Part shown: one piece after another, positions 57,598-64,000 of the stretch
Numbering within the stretch: position 1 is the stretch's first letter
Layout of the letters: every line of letters begins with the position of its first letter
Source of the DNA: an uncultured bacterium
GTDB taxonomy: Bacteria; Verrucomicrobiota; Kiritimatiellia; CAIKKV01; CALHGX01
Direction of reading: 5' to 3'
Assembly (NCBI GenBank): GCA_938031185.1
Contig: CALHGX010000009.1
Coordinates: 106,837-170,836, forward strand
Length of the DNA stretch: 64,000 bases
Notes under the pieces: model-generated
Databases searched by the model: none
The model's input: only the letters and a program-made list of their open reading frames with translations
What the model was told of the DNA's origin: nothing
Program-made: the position numbers and the translations under genes

Positions 57598-57989
57598 TGG
57601 CCCACCCTTCTCTCCATGCGGCTGCCGGCATGGCCATCGGCATGGCCATCGGCGGCGTTCGCTGTTGGCAAACCCGCCGGTGCAAACGTTCTTTGGCCCA
57701 TCGCATGGGCGCCTGGTTGCTCTGGTCCTGGGCCGGCGCGTTTTTCGCGCTCATCCCCGGCCTGCTTCGGCTTCTCGGATGGCCGCAAAGCTGGGCCGAA
57801 GGCTGGTGGATGAATATCTTCGTCGGATACCCGCTGCTGAACCAAACGGTTCGGCACGGCGGCGCCCTGATCGGAGGCGCGCTGTTGGGGCTGTGCCTGA
57901 CCCTTCAGTATCTGCTGGTCTTGGCCGCGCTGTTTGGGACCCGTCGTCGCCGTCGGGCTCTCACGACAGCAGCCGGATGTATTCGCTGA
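57597..57989 (+). CDS. Small membrane protein, paralog B
   Basis: 130 aa, GAFFALIPGLLRLLG and MNIFVGYPLLNQ; TGATG coupling with paralog A. Confidence 0.68.
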   Translation: MAHPSLHAAAGMAIGMAIGGVRCWQTRRCKRSLAHRMGAWLLWSWAGAFFALIPGLLRLLGWPQSWAEGWWMNIFVGYPLLNQTVRHGGALIGGALLGLCLTLQYLLVLAALFGTRRRRRALTTAAGCIR

Positions 57990-59262
57990 CGGTGCGCGCC
58001 AGGGCGCCCCTGCGCGAACGCACCACTTCGTGCGCGCGCGCCCCGTATTCCCAACGGCGAACAGGATCCAGCAGCAGCTCGCGAAGGGCCCCTTCGAGTT
58101 CAGCCGTTGAGCGAACCTGCACAAGCGCTTTGGCCTCAAGAAAATCGCGCTCCACATCGCGAAAATTGTCGAGATGGGGGCCTACCACGATCGGCTTCCC
58201 GAACACGGCCGGCTCGATGATGTTCTGTCCCCCTCGGCAGGTCAGGCTCTTCCCCACAAAGATCACCGTGGCCTTGGCATAGAGATTCCGTAGTTCCCCA
58301 GTGGTGTCCAGCAGCAGCGCGTCCGGAGTTTGGGATGGCGGCTCGCCGGACCGCAATGCGCTGCGCCGCACATACGCAATCCCGCTCCCGCGGAACAACG
58401 CCTCCACCTCGGCCGCTCGTTCGACGTGCCGGGGCGCCAAGACCAGTCTCAAACCGGGCGCCTCCGGCCGCAAGCGTTTAAACGCTTCCAGCAGCGCCGC
58501 CTCTTCGCCGCGCCATGTGGAACCGCCCAGCAGAATGGGATCGGTCGGAGCGAATCCCGCCCTCCTGAAGACGGCTTCCGCATGAGTGGAAGCCTCCGGC
58601 GTATAGCTCACGATGTCATACTTGGCATTGCCCGTCACACACACACGCGCCGGCGGCGCGCCGATCGCCAGCAGGCGTTCGCGGTCCGAGTCTCCCTGCA
58701 CGCAAAACGAATTCATCTCCTCCAGCACCCGTCGAATGAAAAAACGAATGCGGCGGTAGCCGCGAAAAGAGCGATCGGACACCCGCCCGTTCATGAGCCC
58801 CACCATGATGCCCCTGCGGCGCGCCTCCCGAATCAGATTCGGCCAGATCTCGCATTCGGTCAGGACAATCGCAGCCGGCTCGATCACCGACAACACCCGA
58901 CGGACCGACGGCACGAAGTCCACGGGGAAGTAGATCAGCGCATCCTCGGGATGGAGAAAGCCTTCCGCCATCCGGCGCGCGGTGGACGTGGTCACACTGA
59001 GCACAAATGTCCGTTCCGGCTGTCGCAGACGCCATTCCTCCATGAAATGTCGGGCAATCAGCGTTTCTCCCACGCTGACGGCGTGCACCCATATTCGGCT
59101 GCGGCGCCGTCGCAACCGTTCCAGCGTCTGCCGGTCATACAAACCCACGCGCTGCATGAAATGCTGCCGGTACCCGCCGCGGCGCGCCATACGCCAAAGA
59201 AACTTCGGCAGCACCAGCAAATAAGCCGCCGTAAACAGCGCGTTGTATGCCACCCAAATCAT
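57961..59262 (-). CDS. waaA: 3-deoxy-D-manno-octulosonate (Kdo) transferase
   Basis: IWVHAVSVGE, YFPVD, ECEIWPN, NGRVS.RS, TGNAKYD, LAPRHVER, DTTGEL, GGQNIIEPA. Confidence 0.95.
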   Translation of the reverse strand: MIWVAYNALFTAAYLLVLPKFLWRMARRGGYRQHFMQRVGLYDRQTLERLRRRRSRIWVHAVSVGETLIARHFMEEWRLRQPERTFVLSVTTSTARRMAEGFLHPEDALIYFPVDFVPSVRRVLSVIEPAAIVLTECEIWPNLIREARRRGIMVGLMNGRVSDRSFRGYRRIRFFIRRVLEEMNSFCVQGDSDRERLLAIGAPPARVCVTGNAKYDIVSYTPEASTHAEAVFRRAGFAPTDPILLGGSTWRGEEAALLEAFKRLRPEAPGLRLVLAPRHVERAAEVEALFRGSGIAYVRRSALRSGEPPSQTPDALLLDTTGELRNLYAKATVIFVGKSLTCRGGQNIIEPAVFGKPIVVGPHLDNFRDVERDFLEAKALVQVRSTAELEGALRELLLDPVRRWEYGARAHEVVRSRRGALARTVSEYIRLLS

Positions 59263-59284
59263 GACGCCTTTTTGCCTCTCTTTC

Positions 59285-60265
59285 TCACGCCCTCGGATGC
59301 GCCTCCCGGTAAACTCGTCGCAGCTTCTCCACCGTCACATGAGTGTAAATTTGCGTGGTGGAGAGGCTGGCGTGCCCAAGAAGCTCCTGTACGCTGCGTA
59401 AATCCGCTCCGGCATCCAGAAGGTGCGTCGCGAAGGAATGCCTCAACGCATGAGGCGTCATGGCAGAATCCAGGCCCGCCGCCACCAGATAGCGCTTGAG
59501 TCCTCGTTCGATGGATCTCGTGGTCAGACGCTGACCGCGCAAGTTGAGGAAAACCGGCCGGTCCATCGCGCGGCGCCCCGCCGTCGGCCACAACGCGTCG
59601 CGCATGGCCATGGCGTGCGCCAACGCCGAGCAGGCGGGCCGCCCGAGGGGCGCCAATCGTTCCTTCTTCCCCTTGCCACGCAGCCGCGCGACGCCGCTGA
59701 GCAGGTCCACATCCCTGTCCGAAAGTCCTGCCAGCTCAGCCACGCGGGCGCCGGAACTGTATAGCGTCTCAAGTATGGCCCGATCGCGGGCCGCCACATA
59801 CGCGGCACGCTGTGCGTTCGCAGCGCCTCGTCTTTCCGCCTCGTCCCGGACCAGCTTCTCCGGCGCTTCCATGAGCCGGGCAGCCTCCTCCTTGGTCAAC
59901 ACCCGCGGGAGTTTCCGCCCCCGCTTCGGCGCCTTGATGCCGGCAAATGGGTTGACGGAAACCCGTTCTTCCCTCTCCAGGAAACGGTAGAACGAGCGCA
60001 GGCTGGAAAGCTTCCGCCCCGTAGTGGAGGCATCCGCCCCTTCCTGCTGCAACCCGGCCAGAAAACGCCGGGCGGCGTACCGATCCGCATGGCCCCAGGG
60101 AAAAGGCGGTAGCGCATCCACACCCCATGTGCGGCGGACAAACTGCGCCAGATCCGTAAGATAGGCCGCCAGCGTATGCCGGGAAACGTTCTTCTCTTCC
60201 TTCAAGTGGGCGCAAAACTGCGCCACGTCCGGATCGTCTGCCCCGTTCCAAGGCTTCACCTTCAT
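59285..60265 (-). CDS. xerC: Tyrosine recombinase XerC/XerD family
   Basis: RDRAILETLYSSGARVAEL, GKGKKER, HALRHSFATHLL, VQELLGH, TTQIYTH; directly downstream of topA. Confidence 0.9.
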   Translation of the reverse strand: MKVKPWNGADDPDVAQFCAHLKEEKNVSRHTLAAYLTDLAQFVRRTWGVDALPPFPWGHADRYAARRFLAGLQQEGADASTTGRKLSSLRSFYRFLEREERVSVNPFAGIKAPKRGRKLPRVLTKEEAARLMEAPEKLVRDEAERRGAANAQRAAYVAARDRAILETLYSSGARVAELAGLSDRDVDLLSGVARLRGKGKKERLAPLGRPACSALAHAMAMRDALWPTAGRRAMDRPVFLNLRGQRLTTRSIERGLKRYLVAAGLDSAMTPHALRHSFATHLLDAGADLRSVQELLGHASLSTTQIYTHVTVEKLRRVYREAHPRA

Positions 60266-62808
60266 GGCCGATGCTCCACCTCGTCGTGGCTTGGCTTCCC
60301 GTCGCCGTCGTTCCCGGTCTGCCCCTTTTTCGCCCCAACCCCCACCCGGTACTTTCGTGCCATGCGCGCCAATGCCGCGCGTTGACGAGGCGTCAATGAG
60401 CCTTTGCGCGCGAATTGCGATTTCAGCGACTCAAAAAACGCTTTGTCGTCCAGCGTCTTTCCGTTCTTTGAGACCGAGGGCTTCCACTCGCTCACGCCCT
60501 CCAACGCCTCCAGCAGCGGCCCACTCTCCGCATCCTGGCCCACGCTATCCTCCAGTTCCAGCTCGGGCCGTACTCGCTCAAAATCCGGAATATGTTCGGC
60601 ATATTTGAGTACGATCCGGTTGAGCGCATGCTCCTGCGCCGGTGATAAAGCCACGTTTCGCTCCGCCCTCTGCCGCAGGGACTCCACAAACGCCCGATCG
60701 TCATAGGTCCGCCCACGTCGAGTTTGCGCCGGCTCAAAAGCGATGTCCCGCAACAGTTCCAGTTTTCGCATGGTGGACGGCTTTGGGGGAGGGCTCGGCA
60801 GACGAACCGCTTCCGCCTCGAATCCCATCTCGTGCAGCGCCTGCTCCGCCCCCGGAATCTGATCCCGATATTTCCCCACCAGTCTCGCCACCGCCGCCAG
60901 TTGGCGTTCCGAGAGGGGCCGCCGTCCCTCCTCGCACTGCTTGCGAACAGACTCGATAAACCGCTTGTCGCTGTAAATCCGCCGCCCGCGACGCTGTTCC
61001 GGCCCCCACGCCTTGACGGACTCGAGCAGGCCAAGCAAGCGCTTCATCTTTTCGCCGTCCGCCGGGGTCTCGCGCGCAGCGTCCATCCAGCCTGAGAACT
61101 CTCGATAGAACTCCTCCAGCATGGCAGTCCAGTTCACCGTGCCCGTTTCGATGCGGTCGAGCTTTTCCTCCATGCCGGCCGTAAACTTGACGTCGAACAA
61201 CTTCGCCAAATGGGCTGTCAACAGGTCGTTGACCTGAAGTCCAAGATCCGTCGGTTTGAGGACTTTTTTCTCGCGCGTGACATACTCACGGTCGTAGAGG
61301 GTGGACAGAATCTGTGCGTAGGTGCTGGGCCGCCCCACCCCGTCCTCCTCGAGCGCTTTGATCAAAGAAGCTTCATTGTATCGGCTGGGCGGTTGCGTTT
61401 CTTTGCGATCTTCCGTCCATTCCACACATTCCAGCCGCTCCCCGCGTTCGAGCGGTGGCAGGCTGTCCACCACGGGTTCATCGCCTGTCTCGCCTTCTTC
61501 CGCGCTTCGTTTCTCCATGCCGCTCACCTTCATGTACCCCGAAAAAACCACCTGCGAAGCGGAGGCCCGAAAACGATATGCCGCCCCGCCCGCTTGCGCC
61601 GGTACAGCATCCACATCCACCGTTCGCTGCTCGATGCGGGCCGGCGCCATTTGACTGGCCACGAATCGCCGCCAAATCAATGTGTAGAGTTTGAGTTCTT
61701 CCGCGGACAGCGCTTTGGCCACCTCTTCAGGCGTGCGCAGGACCTCGGTCGGGCGAATGGCTTCATGCGCCTCCTGCGCTCCGCCGCGGCTTTTGAAGAC
61801 ATTGGGCTTTTCGGGCAGGTACTCCCGTCCCAACCGCTCCTCGATGAAGGCTCGGACGGCATGCACGGCGTCCTGTGAAACCGCAACGGAATCCGTTCGC
61901 ATGTAGGTGATCAGGCCAACCGGTCCTTCGCCGAAATCTACGCCTTCATACAGCTTTTGCGCGATGCGCATCGTCCGGCTGGGCGTCATTCCCAAGGCTC
62001 TCGACGCCGACTGCTGCAGCGTACTGGTAATGAAGGGCGGAAACGGCCGCCGCTGCACCTCCTTCCTTGTGACGTCCGCCACCACCAACGAACACCCCTC
62101 CAACTCCCGTCGAATTCGTGCCGCTGTTTCCGCATCCCGCACGTCGGCTTTCTCGCCATCTATTCGCGCCAGCCGCAGCAGGAAGGGATCCAGCGGCGGC
62201 GTTTGTTTGCAGGCTTTGGCGCCCAACAACCAGTACGGTTCCGGAACAAAAGCGCGAATGGCCTGTTCCCGCTCGCAAATCAACCGGAGCGCCACCGACT
62301 GCACCCGCCCGGCGCTCAAACCCCTACGGATGCGGCGCCAGAGAAGCGGACTGACCCGATAGCCCACGATCCGATCGAGCACACGTCGCGCCTGCTGGGC
62401 GTCCACCAGCCGCTGATCTATGCGGCCCGGATGGCCGAATGCTTCCCGCACGGCCCGCGGAGTGATTTCGTTGTAGGTCACACGGTGGAATCGCTCGGCG
62501 GGCACCACCTTTTCCAGCAGCTCCTTCAGATGCCACGCTATCGCTTCCCCCTCGCGATCGGGATCAGGCGCCAAATACACTTCAGCGCTGCCCCGCGCCG
62601 CTTCAGTCAATTCGCGAATCACGCGGTCGCGTCCCTTGACGATCTCGTATTTCGGCTCGAATCCGTGTTCGATATCCACGCCAAGCGTCCGCACCGGCAG
62701 GTCGCGCACATGTCCCATGGACGCCTTCACCACGTAGTCACCGCCCAGAATACGATTGATGGTCTTGGCCTTGGCTGGCGACTCGACGATTACCAGTTTC
62801 TTGGTCAT
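60262..62808 (-). CDS. topA: DNA topoisomerase I (type IA) with atypical C-terminal repeats
   Basis: LVIVESPAKAKTI, DPDREGE, SAGRVQS, LITYMRTDS (catalytic Tyr), QEAHEAIRPT, GVGRPSTY; ATG at 62808. Confidence 0.97.
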   Translation of the reverse strand: MTKKLVIVESPAKAKTINRILGGDYVVKASMGHVRDLPVRTLGVDIEHGFEPKYEIVKGRDRVIRELTEAARGSAEVYLAPDPDREGEAIAWHLKELLEKVVPAERFHRVTYNEITPRAVREAFGHPGRIDQRLVDAQQARRVLDRIVGYRVSPLLWRRIRRGLSAGRVQSVALRLICEREQAIRAFVPEPYWLLGAKACKQTPPLDPFLLRLARIDGEKADVRDAETAARIRRELEGCSLVVADVTRKEVQRRPFPPFITSTLQQSASRALGMTPSRTMRIAQKLYEGVDFGEGPVGLITYMRTDSVAVSQDAVHAVRAFIEERLGREYLPEKPNVFKSRGGAQEAHEAIRPTEVLRTPEEVAKALSAEELKLYTLIWRRFVASQMAPARIEQRTVDVDAVPAQAGGAAYRFRASASQVVFSGYMKVSGMEKRSAEEGETGDEPVVDSLPPLERGERLECVEWTEDRKETQPPSRYNEASLIKALEEDGVGRPSTYAQILSTLYDREYVTREKKVLKPTDLGLQVNDLLTAHLAKLFDVKFTAGMEEKLDRIETGTVNWTAMLEEFYREFSGWMDAARETPADGEKMKRLLGLLESVKAWGPEQRRGRRIYSDKRFIESVRKQCEEGRRPLSERQLAAVARLVGKYRDQIPGAEQALHEMGFEAEAVRLPSPPPKPSTMRKLELLRDIAFEPAQTRRGRTYDDRAFVESLRQRAERNVALSPAQEHALNRIVLKYAEHIPDFERVRPELELEDSVGQDAESGPLLEALEGVSEWKPSVSKNGKTLDDKAFFESLKSQFARKGSLTPRQRAALARMARKYRVGVGAKKGQTGNDGDGKPSHDEVEHRP
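60340..61050 (-). repeat. Three ~60-aa protein repeats in the TopA C-terminus
   Basis: Shared pattern LL..L....(W/F).P....R.R.(Y/L)(S/D)D..F.ES(L/V)........L(S/T)..Q..A(L/V).R...KY. Confidence 0.85.
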
Positions 62809-62827
62809 GGTGCCTTGCTCTTCCTCT

Positions 62828-63961
62828 TCACGACTCCGCCTGTGTCGCGCCGCCTTCGGACCGTCCGGCGCGCAGCGCGACACGCCGGCCGGGCAGCATG
62901 CGAACCACTCGTTTCATCTCCAAACCAAGCAGCAGAGCGCTCACGGAGGCGGGCGACAGTCCCGTCTGTCGGATCAGGGCATCCACATCCGCCTCCATTT
63001 CCCGTTCCAAACAGCCCACTATCTTCGCTTCGTCACCGGATAAAGGCGGGCGGGAGCCCTTCGGCCCGGTTGTGCTTCGCGGCGTTGGAATCAACTGGTC
63101 GAACTCCTGCAAAATGTCCTCGACGTCCTCCACCAGACGCGCGCCATCGCGAAGCAGCCGATGCGGCCCCTTTGAGCCGGGTGCATCCACCCGGCCGGGC
63201 ACGGCAAAAACGGTTCGCCCTTCCTCCGTCGCCACCTGCGCGGTGATCATGGCGCCGCTGGTCAACCCGGCCTCCACCACCACAACCCCCATCGAAAGGC
63301 CGGCCACTATGCGATTTCTTACAGGAAAAGTCGTCTTGTCCGGCTGTCGTCCAAATGGGTACTCCGTCAGCACCGCCCCTTGGCGACTGATCGCCTCGGC
63401 CAAATCGCGGTTCTCCGGTGGAAAGAGACAGTCCAAACCACCACCCAGCACAGCGAGCGTCCGTCCCCCCGCCTTCAACGCGCCCCGGTGTGCGGCCGTG
63501 TCAATGCCGCGAGCCAGGCCGCTAACCACCGTAAATCCGCTTTGCGCCAGTTGAAATGCCAGCCGTTCAGCGGTTTCCATCCCGTAGTGAGTCGTGCGCC
63601 GGGACCCGACCACCGCCACGGCGCGGTCATCTCTGCTCTCAATCTTGCCCCAAACGTAAAGTGCCATGGGTGGATCGTGAATTCCCGCTAATCGCCGCGG
63701 ATACGCCGCGTCCACCGGCGTGAGCAGCGTAGCGCCCGCTCGTTCCGCTCTCTCGCATTCCCCAACGGGATCCGCTTGGCCCCGTAAAGCGGCGATCCGG
63801 CGGACCACATCCATCGCCAAGCCGGGCGTGGTTAGGATCTCTTCCTCCAGAGCGTCAAAAATCCGTTCCGGACAACCGAGTCGCTCCGTCAATGCACGAA
63901 CGGTCGCCGGCCCAACCCCGCGCATGGCGTTGAGCGCAATATAGGCTTCCCTGGTGTTCAT
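62828..63961 (-). CDS. dprA: DNA-processing protein DprA (Smf)
   Basis: YP..L..I.DPP, VAVVGSR, VVSGLARGIDTAAH, FPVRNRIVAGL, VVVEAG..SGAMITA, FAVPG; C-terminal winged helix. Confidence 0.96.
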   Translation of the reverse strand: MNTREAYIALNAMRGVGPATVRALTERLGCPERIFDALEEEILTTPGLAMDVVRRIAALRGQADPVGECERAERAGATLLTPVDAAYPRRLAGIHDPPMALYVWGKIESRDDRAVAVVGSRRTTHYGMETAERLAFQLAQSGFTVVSGLARGIDTAAHRGALKAGGRTLAVLGGGLDCLFPPENRDLAEAISRQGAVLTEYPFGRQPDKTTFPVRNRIVAGLSMGVVVVEAGLTSGAMITAQVATEEGRTVFAVPGRVDAPGSKGPHRLLRDGARLVEDVEDILQEFDQLIPTPRSTTGPKGSRPPLSGDEAKIVGCLEREMEADVDALIRQTGLSPASVSALLLGLEMKRVVRMLPGRRVALRAGRSEGGATQAES

Positions 63962-64000
63962 GGCTTGCGGAACGAACAAAAAGGAGTGCGGTTGATAACA

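Noticed and set aside
59285..60265. Tyrosine recombinase as a possible integrase of a mobile element
   Set aside because: It sits in the conserved dprA-topA-xerC context with no att-like repeats, tRNA or phage genes nearby

Overview
High-GC bacterial chromosomal window, almost fully coding, from a diderm organism (waaA, lnt, rfbBAC present). A ~720-aa GreA-type factor, a SecA with a large insertion and a membrane LRR Ser/Thr kinase suggest the PVC superphylum (Kiritimatiellota/Lentisphaerota-like); this placement is inference. Most of the window is housekeeping: thrS-infC-rpmI-rplT-pheST, rpmE-prfA, greA-hisA, queA, aconitase-icd-secA-lnt-prfB-yicC-gmk-coaC, rfbBAC, and dprA-topA-xerC-waaA. 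I found no tRNA, rRNA, CRISPR array or transposase. The most interesting items are: (1) a coupled four-gene operon (SDR, ThDP enzyme, PhpK-like cobalamin radical SAM, second cobalamin radical SAM) with no PEP mutase nearby; (2) a single-pass non-RD (HCD) Ser/Thr kinase with a 21-aa LRR array, reminiscent of plant pattern-recognition receptors; (3) a TopA whose C-terminus is three ~60-aa Cys-free repeats instead of zinc ribbons; (4) a tandem pair of small paralogous membrane proteins behind an O-antigen-ligase-family gene; (5) a possible sigma54-driven acyltransferase-3 plus SGNH-CBM9 pair. Also visible are a non-AUG infC start, the prfB +1 frameshift and probable leaderless promoters. All family assignments come from motif recognition by eye, not database searches.
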